Of a stretch of 64,000 nt of DNA, positions 47,837-59,700 are shown piece by piece; the stretch's first letter is position 1, and the number at the start of each line of letters is the position of its first letter. The notes beneath the pieces are model-generated. The model ran no database searches, was not told where the DNA came from, and saw only the letters and a list, made by a program, of their open reading frames with translations. The DNA lies in the NCBI GenBank assembly GCA_973895155.1, contig OZ316891.1, forward strand, positions 24,985,899 to 25,049,898, read 5' to 3'. A program made the position numbers and the translations under genes. The DNA comes from Marsupella aquatica. Lineage: Eukaryota; Plantae; Marchantiophyta.

Positions 47837-48677
47837 TCAGTCTTCAGCAACATTCTGTACAACATTCTCAGGGAAGATCCTTTGCTTGCCTTCCGCATTG
47901 AGAACCGGTAGATCTCTAATGATTACTCTATTTTGCTCTAGAGCCCACCTGGCCACCATGTCTAATAACTCAGACGCAGTCTTCTTAGCGTGTTTGGTGA
48001 ATGGTTTGGAGGAAGTCTCTGATCGCTTGACGTTTGTATCTGCAACGAACATGCGCAGCTTGGCGTCCACTTTGCATGTCTTCATCAATCCCATGGCTCT
48101 CATGCAGACCACTAATTTGACGTTGACTCCTGCAAAAGTTTCAGAAAGATAGGGTGGATGTTTAAAAGCACAACAACGGTCCCTCACATCCGAAAACAAC
48201 TTACATAGCATATGATGCTGAACAGGATTTTTATATATGTTTACGTAGTGCGGCTAAACTATATATGTACTTACTATGTTTGAGTCTTTAGTAACATGTG
48301 ATTTGCCACTTAATCTGCTCCTAGTTTATGTGCATGCTGGAAACTATTCTAATCAGAGGACTCTGCCTCACTACTTGGACCTATCGGTAGATTCCGCCTC
48401 ATCGTCCACAAACTCACTTCTACAAATGTCATCCACAAACCTCCTCACCAAAAACTTCCTATCACAACCTCTCCTTAGACGAAGGCCCTTTGTTTCCCAA
48501 GACAATGTTTGGCACCTCTCAACTTTTTTGGCCGCCTTCTCTGCGTATGATGGAAGAATAAATGGTTTTTCTGGTGTCATCTCCAATGCTTCAGCAATCG
48601 TTTTCCGAAGGTCAAACCTTCTCCGCATATTCCACTCCGACCTGAAAGTTTTCATAGATATTAAAAATCTGTACATG
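47837..48677 (-). CDS. Unknown two-exon protein of element D (about 48677-48376 and 48219-47837)
   Basis: Two protein-like ORFs separated by an AT-rich intron-like gap; no recognisable domain. Confidence 0.4.
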
Positions 48678-48728
48678 TAAAAATATCTTATTGAAAACAG
48701 TCGTGGATTTGGATCAGGCTTACGAGCA

Positions 48729-51350
48729 TTACTTAGAAGACTCCTCATCCTCGGATTCTGATTCTGATCCCAAAGGATTTCTCTTCTCTTCCTTGTCATC
48801 TCCAAGATCGGCGACGGGAACATCTTCCTCATTAGGTTCCCCAGCAACATCCAGCTCGCTTTCTTTAGAATCAAAGTTTAAAATTGATCTAACTCTGTCC
48901 AACTTCTCTTTCCCCTTCCTTGAGACTGTCTTTTCCGGAGTCAAAGTTGACTTTGGCTCCAAAATGTCATCTAGCATAAATCTTGCAGCAGTCACAAACT
49001 CTTGCCGCCCTTTGACACCAATAACAAATCTACCACAATAGTCTCCCGCCACAAATGAACTTCCCGAACAAGCGGTCCAGTCAATGAAAATATCCCCACG
49101 ACAGGAGATGAGCTCTATGACAGATTGCATAAACCCAACTGTGAGCCTTCCGTTTCCACAGGCCACAAGGTCTGGCATTGGATCAGTCTTTAAAGACGGA
49201 AGTCCTATAAGATTTGTAACAGAGGGATCTTCAGAGGGTGACAATGGACAAAACTTGGGGTCTTTGGGGATTGAAGTTTTGCTTGAAACACGGCCGAATA
49301 TATCCAACCTCAGCGTGAAGATCTGAAAAACAAAATAATAGTGAGGTCGTGGTAAACAATTTCAACTAGCATAGTGATACATAATATTAGCGCCTGGCGC
49401 TAGCCAAAAAGTAATGCAGATAATTCTTACCTGAGTATTAGGCTTAGGTTTGTACATAGGAAACCCCATGACGACTATATGCGAGGCAATACAGGAAAAC
49501 TTATGAGATTGTTGGCATGCAGATATTACTTCCGAAATCTGATCGTACTCTCCATTGTGAAGAATAGCCAGAAGTCCATCGTCAGAAAGGAAAGGGTCCA
49601 TTGCGCTAAAAAAAGCCAATGGAAGAGAGTGGTCTTGCAAATTCCATTTGGGTACTTTTTTGTCTAGAAGAGATGGTCTCAACCCAGTTGGCAAATACAG
49701 AAAGCCGGCATTGACACCAAATGCCCTAACTTTACCCCGTCTGATTACCCCCTTCGCACGGGATCCCGACTTAACGAGATTTTTACCCCAGCTCTCAACC
49801 CGGCCAACCCATGATGGCTTCTCTTCCCGCTTGGACACACTCTTGTAGAAGTCTGCCAAGGTGGACTCCACAAATGTATGTCTCGATTTATTCCCCTTGA
49901 AGTCTCCCACATTCCATTGTAAACCAATCGCTGCAAGCGTTTCCCGCTGAGAACCCGCAAACATAGAAACACGACATTTCTTCTTCCTCCTTATGCTGGT
50001 TGCATCCACGGGTGGAACACTCACATCCTCAGGCGTTGCCAACCCTTCAGGCGGCTCCTCATCCTTCCCAACACTAATTTCACGAGAGGGCTCTGGTGTT
50101 GCAGTTCCAGCATTACCAAAAACCAACCCCGCGTCTGATTTTTGAGACCCTGCTAAAAAACGAAATTGTGACAGGTTAATAATAGTGTCGGGCGCTAGCC
50201 AACGTTAAGCTTTGACAACTAGACAGAAATAGAAAAACAAACATAGGAACTCACTCTTTCGGGTCTCTTTATGAGATCCACTTAGGGTTGTTTCTTGCTT
50301 GGCTTTCGCTCTGGGTTTCCAACTCCTTGCAACTTGGACGACTCGGGTCTCGCAAATCCTTTGTAGCTCTATGGCCGATCGATCTATCTCTTCATTGGTC
50401 GCTTGCTTCATCTCTGACAAAATATTCCTTGGAACTATATTCTTTGATAACTTCTGGAAAGCATCTTTCTCCGTATCATCAAATGGGGAACTCCACTTCT
50501 CTGTGTCAAGATACCATGGACAATGCAAAACCTCCTAGTTTGTCATCTTTCTTGGGGGAAACTTCCCTTCTGTTGGGTACATCAAGTACCCAAGAAAGTC
50601 CCCAGACACTTCAGACCTCAAAATTACAACGGCCCAGTTTTGGAAGGCACCAGGATAGGCCCAAAAATAGGAAGGGTCACTCCTCTCCATTTTTGTGTAA
50701 TATTGATACAAATATCTCTTTGCTCTCTTGCGGTTGACATCACTAAATCCTCCTTATCAGCGTACTTGGATTCCCAAATGTTGTTGAAGAACTTGGCCCT
50801 TACGGAATCACCGTACTTTCTAAAATCCTCTAAAATCACTTCCCTCAACTTCTCAAATGTCATGACCTCTCCGACCAGTGTTGAAAGACGTTGTTCTGTA
50901 CACAAAGCCATAACTTCGTTCAAAGACGCATCTAAGAGAGTAGTGGCTATCCCCTCAATTGTATTCCAAACATGCCAGGTGTGACACCACTACTTGACGG
51001 GGTCATCAGAAATGTCAAAGGGATGAAAAAACTGTTTCCGTAAGTCAGGAGTACAATGAGCAACGAGAAGTGTACTTTGCAGCTTTGGATCTAATGCCAA
51101 ATTGGCAGTGAACAAGTGAGCTCTATCCATTGTGCTGAATACGGCATCAGGGACCTTCTCGCATTTCAGCCGGTCAATAAGACTATACATTTCGGCACAA
51201 GTGTCCATGAAATCTTCAAACTCTGGGCTTAGCAAGGAAGTGAGCTTTGGAGTTTTCACGGTCCACTCCTTAGTTGCTTCCTTCATCATCTGATTGTGAC
51301 AAAGACTGGTCTCTTCGACAGACCATGGAGGGGAGGTAATCCATCCGTTA
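48729..51350 (-). pseudogene. Spliced gene with a C-terminal beta-class N4-cytosine/N6-adenine DNA methyltransferase-like domain; exons about 51350-50255 (disrupted), 50149-49431, 49322-48729
   Basis: GVNAGFLYLPTG (motif IV position), FLSDDGLLAILH (motif VI), then FMQSVIELISCRGDIFIDWTACSGSSFVAGDYCGRFVIGVK (motifs X-I-II, compare LI..T..GD.VLDPF.GSGTT..AA...GR..IG.E). A phase-0 GT-AG intron at 49430-49323 joins them. Confidence 0.7.
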
Positions 51351-51379
51351 TCACTGATATCAGTGACCCCCTTTTTTTT

Positions 51380-52045
51380 CTCTAATCTTGGAGAGCTCTC
51401 CAAGATGGCGACAGTTTTTTTTGGCAATCTTGGAGAGCTCTCCGAGATCCCTACCATTTTTTTGGCAATCTCGGAGACCTCTCCGAGATCCCTACCATTT
51501 TTATGGCAATCTCGGAGAGGCTCTCCGAGATCCCTACCATTTTTATGGCAATCTCGGAGAGGCTCTCCGAGATCCCTACCATTTTTATGGCAATCTCGGA
51601 GAGGCTCTCCGAGATCCCTACCATTTTTATGGCAATCTCGGAGAGGCTCTCCGAGATCCCAACACACTTCCAGGAGTATGTTGGAGACATGGTAGTTTGT
51701 TTGCTCACCATGTCAGAGAGCCTCTCCGACATACCAAGTCACTCCGTTGCCATCTCGGAGAGCTTCTCCGAGATACCAAGATTTTGTTGACCATCTCAAA
51801 AAGCCTCTCCAAGATACCAAGTCTTTTTGTTGACCATCTCGGAGAGCCTCTCCAAGATACCAAGTCTTTTTGTTGACCATCTCGGAGAGCCTCTCCAAGA
51901 TACCAAGTCTTTTTGTTGACCATCTCGGAGAGCCTCTCCAAGATACCAAGTCTTTTTGTTGACCATCTCGGAGAGCCTCTCCGAGATACCAAGTCACTTT
52001 GCAGACCATCATCGACTTTCCCATTCCATTTCTAAGACCATCTCA
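51380..52045. repeat. 42-bp and 43-bp tandem arrays, each unit containing the palindrome ATCTCGGAGAG-N-CTCTCCGAGAT
   Basis: 42-bp units at about 51480-51660 and 43-bp units at 51832, 51875, 51918 and 51961. Confidence 0.92.
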
Positions 52046-52185
52046 AAGAGCCTCTCCGACATACAAATACAAAAAATTTGCAAGTGATACACATCACATT
52101 CACTTTTCATATATATTATAATGTGTACACAGCAACACTTCATCATTGCTACCTTCTCTAAAGCTAACCCCTATTGGCCACTACT

Positions 52186-52736
52186 TTATTCTGTTATCTG
52201 ATATGTGCACAGGTCATAAATAATCTTCTTTCGCAAGTTTCCTACCTGGCTGCCATCAAAATCCATAGGAGCATCTCGACTTATGCGCTCTGCATAGTTA
52301 AGGATAAATACCCCACAATTTACACTATCTTCTTGTGATGGAAGGCCTGACACTAAAGTTCTAGGCCAGTTGTTTGCATCTGGTGAGGGCATGCCGCTTT
52401 GACTTGCTTCATCCTTGATATACCTTGTTAGAGTATACATGAGATACTCATTTCGAGCCTCCCAAAAGTTTCATGATTTCTCCCAAAGCGAATCTAGGAA
52501 CAACACCTCTTTTCCAGTTAAATCAATCACTACCAACACCCAATGCTCCCTGTTTGCCTGGTGGATCGGGACCAATATCCTGTCATCATCAAATATGTTT
52601 TTTGTTTTGGTCCATCGAGCAACATTGGTAAAATAGTATGCGGGCATTGAGAGCAACGTGTAGAATGTTGTGATGAAAAATGCACACTTTGGATAGCCTC
52701 CTCGGGGGTCTCACTACATGGGGACCTCCCCATCAC
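52186..52736 (-). pseudogene. Ulp1/SENP-family (C48) SUMO protease, last exon, with a frameshift near 52660 and a TGA at 52471; upstream intron interrupted by element E
   Basis: VARWTK..IF..D.ILVPIH..EHWVLVVID..FLDSL..PSQEDSVNCGVFILNYAE (His-Asp-Cys triad plus Gln). Confidence 0.9.
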
Positions 52737-52817
52737 CTGCGACGTTTTTAGGCTTGGACCCCCTAAAATGTAAGAAAAAAATATTATTTTTTAACCCCTA
52801 TAAAGTTGGAATATTCT

Positions 52818-53842
52818 TGTCACTTGCCTCTCCAACGGTTAATACGTGCAAACCGCACTTTTCTTCGCTTAAACCGTTGGTATCGTATTACGGGGTCGTG
52901 GAGGGACGCTATTTGGATTCTTTTCACACCAGGATGAGTATTTTGGTTTCCGCTCCCGGAAATGTAGGTTTTGATCAAGTCTACCGACTACCCTCACCCC
53001 ACAGCTTTTGATCAAGTCCTGCCGACTACCCCACTACACCTTCACTCGGAGTCACCCAAAGAGTGCTGTCACCACCCCTACTCACAAGGCCGACTCAAAC
53101 CAAGCAAGTTTCTTCAAATCATAGAACGGGAGAACACAATTCGGAAAGCGAAAAAGGGAGAAGGAACACACAACAAAAGCCCATCAAGTCAAATGTACAG
53201 ATCCATATCTCTTGGGAAAAATGATACACATTGCATGAGTAACCCGGCCTCCTGCCGTCTACTCAACTCCTGCCTCTCCGGACAATGAGTATGGCTCCCC
53301 CTCACTACTCTGAACACGCTTTCAAACTCCTCAGGCTCCACTCTATCCCTCCTTGCTAACTTCACACTGAGTCCCCCTAACTACTGAAAAATCACACCAA
53401 AGCACCCCTCACAGGGTCACAACGGTGGCGGCTACCCTAGCGGCGCCGCTAAAACCTTGCACTAAGAGAAATCCTTAAACTGAAGAGGAGCATGCGGCAC
53501 ACACATGCTGCTAAAACCCTAAACCCAAAACAAGGGGGCCGACGGTGCCTTCGACGGCGCCCCAACAGTACACGTGAACCCTGAAAGTGAGAGGCACCCC
53601 AAAATGGCCGAAACTAGGTGCCCTTCCAAGTGCACACCTGAGCTCACCCCTGGATAGCTCTTCTTTTCCTGCTTCCGAATCACTAAGTCGCTCCCTCAAC
53701 GGACTTCAGACGCCTGAGTTATGGCCGTTTCCGTACCGCAAAAACATAAGTTCTCCAGGCCATAACTTGCTCATCCTGGCTCCGTTTGAGGAGCGCCGCC
53801 TCTTGTTGGAATCAGCTCCGCGAGCTCATCCCAACAAGCCCA
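52818..53842 (-). repeat. 3' LTR of element E (inner boundary at 53836 or 53842)
   Basis: Starts TGTCAC like 63439. PPT (minus strand TAGTGGGGGG) at about 53850-53859. Confidence 0.85.
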
Positions 53843-53905
53843 TGAGTGACCCCCCACTAAAATGTTGGAAATCTGGAGGCCGTACACCCACGTCCGTACG
53901 CCTAT

Positions 53906-55762
53906 CTAATCCTCCTCTTCTTCTTCGCTCTCGGTGCCCGGACTTGTGCCCCGTGAGTGGTCCTCCTCCTCATCACTCACGGGAGTGAGTGCCACCGTAC
54001 TTTTCTTCTTCTTCGACGGAGTACTCTTAGTGCTGCTGCTCCCGCGCTTCCTCAAAGCAGCCAAGGCCTGCCACGCCTTGATGTACCCCTCACCAATTGT
54101 GTCCTTCCAGAGGGTAGCCTCTTCTCCGGACCGCAACTCCAACGGTAGAACTTGCCCCGTGGCCATGGGAGTCCCGGGGGTGACAGACCTGGGTGGCATC
54201 CCCGTACTGACCTGAGCCTCCCGTAACGATTTCCGTACCTCCCGGAGCTTCTTCTCCAAGCTCTTACTCTTCTCCTGACTCTTCTTGGCTCCATCCAACA
54301 AGGGTCCATACTTCCCACTAACCTCCTTCACCACCATCTCGATAGCTTGGGAGATCACATCCGGGGAAAGTGTGGAGCCAGGTGTGCCGGGACTCTTCCG
54401 TTTCCCTAGACTCAGGGCCTCACTTCTCTTCGCTCGTGTCTCAAAGGCTGCCACCTGACTCCGTAGTGCTCCCACCTGGTTCCTCCACTCCATCACTTCT
54501 CCAGAATTTTGCTTCTCTTTGGCCAATGCTTGCCTCAACGCTCCTACCTCGTCTGCGTCCTTGGCCTTGGTGGACAAAGCTCCCTTCAAGTTGGTGATCT
54601 CTACGTGAGCTGCATTGATGTGCCTGACCTTCTCATGAATGGTCTGCTCCTTGGTCTTGATCACCTCCTTCAGTGACAGGATGCTCTGCTCTAACGTCTC
54701 TACTTTGACTGTGGCGTGCTTGAGAGACTCCCTCAATGCGTGGACTAGCTTGAGTCCCTCGTGGACTCCCTCTCTGAAATCCTGTAGCTCTGCCAAGTAA
54801 ACATCCGGAATGTTGTATTCCAGAGGCTGTTTCGGATCTCCCACGAGTGATTCAAGCCACTCCAATGTGCAATCATCCTCCTGGTTCTCTTCTTCTCTAT
54901 TATCCTCCCCACCAGCAGACAATGATTCCTCCGTGAGCTTCCCTAAAACGGTAGTGGCAATACTCCGGATCTCCGTGGTGAGAGATGATCCCGTGTCTTC
55001 ATGCCCCGGAGAACCAATCAACCCTTCTGCCCTGGCCAATACAAATGACCCCATCAAATGTACAGCCCCACCTGGTTTCACACTCCCGGGCTCAGCGGCC
55101 AATAGCTTCTTCAATCCGTAGCACCACCATCCGTACACATGGGCTGGGTAGTTCTTGATGTCCATAGCTACCACGAAATGCTCCTCATTCAGCACTCCGG
55201 ATTGCACGTTGCCAAGAACCCGTTGATGCACCTTGGCCAGGAAGCCCTTATACTCAACATCCTTGACAGCAGAAAGAGGGATGGCGGTGGTGGAGGTAGG
55301 ATTGGTCACCCAAGTGGCCACCATTTTCAACGTGAGTTCTCCCCTGATATTCCGAGGTGTGAATGAGAATTTCTGATTCTCAAGAAACAATAGCTTAGCC
55401 AACTCCACATGGGGCACTACACGTTTGAGACATTCAAAGTAGATTCCCTCCGTTCGGAACTCCATCCCGGCCTCAATGTCCCAGCTCTTCCCTGAAGGGA
55501 TGGTAATCTCCACCTTCATGAATTCTGTAAGCCCGGTGGCTTGGAAAATGTTCCGACAATCCTCCATCACCTTGGTGGAGGTCTTGGGATAAATTCGACG
55601 AAAAATCTTCCTACCCACCGGTGAGGAACCCGCTGCCAATCCCGTGCTCATCATAACTTCTCTCTCTTCCCTTTCCCGTGTAATCCGAGTCTCCACGTAG
55701 TCACGGTAAGCAGCCTTGTATCTCCGAATGCGTGACGCACTAAACTCTGGTTGATCTAGCAT
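53906..55762 (-). CDS. Extra ORF (618 aa) of element E, with a globular N-terminus, coiled-coil and basic/acidic tail
   Basis: Intact ORF between pol and the PPT; IFQATGLTEFMKV resembles the start of the A and B extra-ORF domain. Confidence 0.82.
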   Translation of the reverse strand: MLDQPEFSASRIRRYKAAYRDYVETRITREREEREVMMSTGLAAGSSPVGRKIFRRIYPKTSTKVMEDCRNIFQATGLTEFMKVEITIPSGKSWDIEAGMEFRTEGIYFECLKRVVPHVELAKLLFLENQKFSFTPRNIRGELTLKMVATWVTNPTSTTAIPLSAVKDVEYKGFLAKVHQRVLGNVQSGVLNEEHFVVAMDIKNYPAHVYGWWCYGLKKLLAAEPGSVKPGGAVHLMGSFVLARAEGLIGSPGHEDTGSSLTTEIRSIATTVLGKLTEESLSAGGEDNREEENQEDDCTLEWLESLVGDPKQPLEYNIPDVYLAELQDFREGVHEGLKLVHALRESLKHATVKVETLEQSILSLKEVIKTKEQTIHEKVRHINAAHVEITNLKGALSTKAKDADEVGALRQALAKEKQNSGEVMEWRNQVGALRSQVAAFETRAKRSEALSLGKRKSPGTPGSTLSPDVISQAIEMVVKEVSGKYGPLLDGAKKSQEKSKSLEKKLREVRKSLREAQVSTGMPPRSVTPGTPMATGQVLPLELRSGEEATLWKDTIGEGYIKAWQALAALRKRGSSSTKSTPSKKKKSTVALTPVSDEEEDHSRGTSPGTESEEEEED

Positions 55763-56189
55763 CCATGCATCCCGAAATCAATTTCTCAATCACCAATCCC
55801 GTCACCCGTGGCAATGTCAATTCCCTGGCCCGAAACAGCCCCCGTAGCCCGATCACTTAAATTCTCTCAATTTCCCGTCACTACTCCGTGCGGCCGCCAC
55901 TAATGCCTGGAAGAATGACGCCAGCAAGCCCCACTAATCCACCATGAAAGAGAGAGCTTCAAAAATAATTAGAATCTGGAGAGAGCTTCCGGCAAGAGAG
56001 AGAAGAACCCCGTTTTTGCTTTCGGCAATGAGAGGGTCGTGCAAAAGGAAGAGGGAAAGAAAAAGGAAGGAAAAAAAAATAGAACCGAAAAAACTCCTGG
56101 CGCCTTCGCCATGCGCCCCGGCCCATTTCTCGGGCCTTACCCTTGCGTCCTCCTGCGCGCGGCCCTATGCAGGGCGCGCGGCCATTCCT

Positions 56190-56460
56190 CCCGGCTCGCG
56201 GGAGGCCCTTCAACTCCCCCCCGCTCGCGTGATCCTCCCAGCTCGCGGGAGGCCCTTTAACTCCCCCCCGCTCGCGTGATCCTCCCAGCTCGCGGGAGGC
56301 CCTTTAACTCCCCCCCGCTCGCGTGATCCTCCCAGCTCGCGGGACCTCATTAATTGCCCGGGCACGCAGCCCTATGGGCTCGCGAGGCAGCCCCTTCAGC
56401 TCGCGGAGCCCCATTAATCGCCCGGGCACGCAGCCCTATGGGCTCGCGAGGCAGCCCCTC
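56190..56460. repeat. 47-bp tandem repeat (~3.2 copies) plus a ~45-bp duplication between pol and the extra ORF of E
   Basis: GCTCGCGGGA at 56194, 56241, 56288 and 56335. Confidence 0.88.
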
Positions 56461-56784
56461 TTTCTCTCGGACGGCCACTAATGGGACTCGCCCTCCTGAG
56501 GAGGGATTTATTTAAAAAAAAACCCCCCCTCTCCTGACTTTGCAATGGGGGTCTCAACAATAGCTCTTGAAGCAAAACGGTAAGTCCTATGGGGCTGGTC
56601 CTGGCTAGTTTCAAGGTCCCAAAATATTTGCCCACTTAGGTCGCCGCAAATCTTAGAACTATTATGAGAGAAAGAATATAAAGTCACCTGGGGCATCATC
56701 AACCTATAATGACGGAATTAACTAAAAATTAAAAAATGGCTTATTTACATTGACTATTAACAAGGTATCGGCCTTTGCAACCAG

Positions 56785-59700
56785 TTATGTGTGACTTCCC
56801 GTGACGGGGTACCCGTCACATAGCTCCTCTCTTAATTGCGAAGCGCCCCCGCGAGCACCATACTCTTCCTCCGTGTAGTACTTCTTTAGGCGCTCTTGAT
56901 TGATCCGTGTGTTGAGTAGTTGCCCCTCCAATGTCTTGAGTTGAACCGAGCCGTTGGAGTAGACGGCATCCACTACGTAGGGTCCCATCCACCGTGTATG
57001 CAACTTCCCGGGGAAATGCATGAAGCGGCTATCGTAGAGGAGCACCAAATCTCCCTCCTCAATGGACACACGACGGAGACGGGAATCGTAATGTGACTTG
57101 CGTTTGCCTTGCTCCTGCTCCGTATGTGTCAAAGCCTCTTCTCGTGTCTCCGTGAGTTGCTCCAACTGTTGGATCCGTGAAGCGACACTTTCTTCTGCCC
57201 CTTCCCTTTCCCGTGTTAGGATTCGAATGGTTGGAACCTCAAATTCCACCGGCACAAGAGAGTGTTGTCCAAACACAAGGAAATAGGGGCTGTGGCCCGT
57301 GGTAGTCTTGTGAGCCAGGTTGTAAGCGTAAGTGGCAGCCAACAACTTCAAATCCCAATCGGTCTTGTGAGCGGATACCGTTTTGTTGAGGATCTTGCCC
57401 ATGATCCCGTTGGCTCTCTCAGTGAGCCCGTTGGCTCGAGGGTGGTACGGAGTGGTCTTCCTATGTGAGATCAAGTAGTTCTCCGTCAAACGTTCAATCG
57501 TATGATTGAGGAAGTGAGTACCCCTGTCACTTACCAACTCCAATGGTGGACCAAATCGTGTAAAAATCTGCTCATACAAAAAACGTGCCGTGGTGTTGGC
57601 ATCATCCTTGGCAGTAGCTCGGGCCTCCACCCACTTGGTGGCATAGTCCGTTGCAAGAATGATGTAGCGCTTCCTCCCTCTTCGTGTGATGGGAGTGAAA
57701 GGGCCAATGAAGTCCACCCCCCACTTCTCAAAGGGTGCAAGAGGAAGTATGGGCACCAATGGGTGTCGTGAGGAGGGCCCTGGTTTGCCTTGACGCTGGC
57801 ACGGATCACATCGCTGGATGTACCGGTGTACATCCCGAAAGAGAGTTGGCCACCAATATCCAGCATCTAGTATTTTCCTTGCGGTGGTCTCCCGTGCAAA
57901 GTGGCCACCAGCTTCCTCCTCATGTAATGCTGCCATGACTGTACGTATCTCCGCTTCCTCCAAACAACGACGAAGTCGGCCATCCATGCCGTACTTGTGA
58001 AGTACTCCCTTCACAAGCAAGTAGGGACCTGTCTTACGCAAAAACACTGCTGCTCTCTCCGGGCCCAAACGTGAGGGAACTCTAGCCGTGCGGAGAAATT
58101 CCAAAATTTCTCCATACCAAGTAGTGGCCTCTGTATTCACGCTGAACACTTCCTCATCCGGGAACCGATCATCAATCTCCTGGGAGTCAGATGCTCCCTC
58201 AATACGGGAGAAGAAGTCTGCATTGCTATGACTCTTCCCCGATCTTACTCTCACCTCATAGTTGAACTCTTGTAGCAACAAAACCCAACGTGCAATTCTC
58301 CCGGACAGATCTGGCTTGTTGACCATGTATTTCAAGCTGTTGTGATCCGTGTGGAACACAACCTTGTACCCCAACAAATAATGACGATACTTCTTACAAG
58401 CGTAGATGATACCAAGTGCCTCCCTATCGGTGGGTGAGTAGTTTTTCTCTGCCGGGGCCAACTGCCTACTGGCAAAGTAGATGGGATGGTCTCTTCCATC
58501 ATCATCTAACTGACTCAAAACGGCACCGATGCAAAATCCTGATACGTCTACGTAAACATGGAATTCCTTATTCCAATTGGGCGTAATGAGCACGGGGGCC
58601 TCTAGCAATCGTTTCTTCAATTCATCAAAAGCAGCCTGACGGGAAGGAGTAGGTTCAAACTCACTTCCTTTTTTCAACATGGAAGTGAGTGGCATGGCTA
58701 CCTTGGCAAAGTCTTTGATGAAGCGTCGGTAGTAGCCAACACACCCCAAGAACCCTCTCACTTCCTTCACATTCTTGGGAAATGAGACTGCTACCCACAC
58801 GGCGACCTTCTCACGATCAACTTCAATCCCTCGTGCAGACACTTTGTGGCCCAATAGGATTCCCTCCTCAATTCCAAAGAAACATTTCTCCGGATGCAGC
58901 TTCAGGCAAGTCTCCCGGCACCGCTGAAAAGTCAACCGTAAGTGTTCCGGATGCTTGACTCGTTTGCCGTAGACAGCAAAGTCATCAATAAAGATCTCCA
59001 AGAACCTGCGTAAAAAGTCATGAAATATATTCATCATGAGCCGTTGGAACATGCCAGGGGCATTGCACAACCCAAAAGGCATTCTCCGGAATGCAAAAAT
59101 CCCCCACTCTGTTGTGAAAGCCGTCTTGAGTTGGTCCTCCTCCCGTATCCAGATTTGGTTGTACCCAGAGTAGCCATCCAAGAAGCTGTATATCTCCCAA
59201 CCTGCTACCATGTCCAACACGATATCCGTGAACGGTAGCGGGTAGTGATCCTTCTTGGTCGCATCATTCAACTTTCGAAAATCTTGGCACACCCGTATTT
59301 TCACCTTCCCGTCTGGCCCCTTTTTCTTGGGCACGATTACGATGGGTGACACCCACTCACTATGCATGACCGGATAAATGAATCCTGCATCCAACAAACG
59401 GTCAATCTCCTCCTTCACCATGAGTGAGTATTTGGGGTTGAGGCGGTATTGGCGTTGCCTCACAGGTCGTGCTCCTGACATCAGGTCAATGCTGTGCTCA
59501 CCAAACTCAGGTGGCACTCCTTTCAAATCTTGGTGGCTCCACGCAAATACGTCTTGGTACTCTTTCAACAATTCCTGAATCGTGCGTTGCTCCGTAGCAT
59601 CCAACTTACTACCAATGTTGAGTGTCTTGCCCTCACCCACTTCCACCTTTGTGTACTGCTCCGGCCTGATCACGTCCAACTTGTTGCGTGTCTCCTCATC

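Larger units (their letters stand above)
46255..52817 (-). mobile_element. Putative DNA transposon D, continuing beyond element E; carries MTase-like, Ulp1 and unknown genes; no transposase in the window
   Basis: The copia RT breaks abruptly at CACAAGG (46255), followed by a subterminal tandem array and cargo typical of large DNA transposons. The superfamily cannot be assigned. Confidence 0.5.

Noticed and set aside
51380-52045. CRISPR-like array of palindromic repeats
   Set aside because: Spacers are identical within each sub-array, there are no cas genes, and the context is eukaryotic.
52186-52736. Functional host SUMO protease gene
   Set aside because: It has a stop and a frameshift, is interrupted by element E and sits among transposon arrays; treated as TE cargo, although host origin is not excluded.
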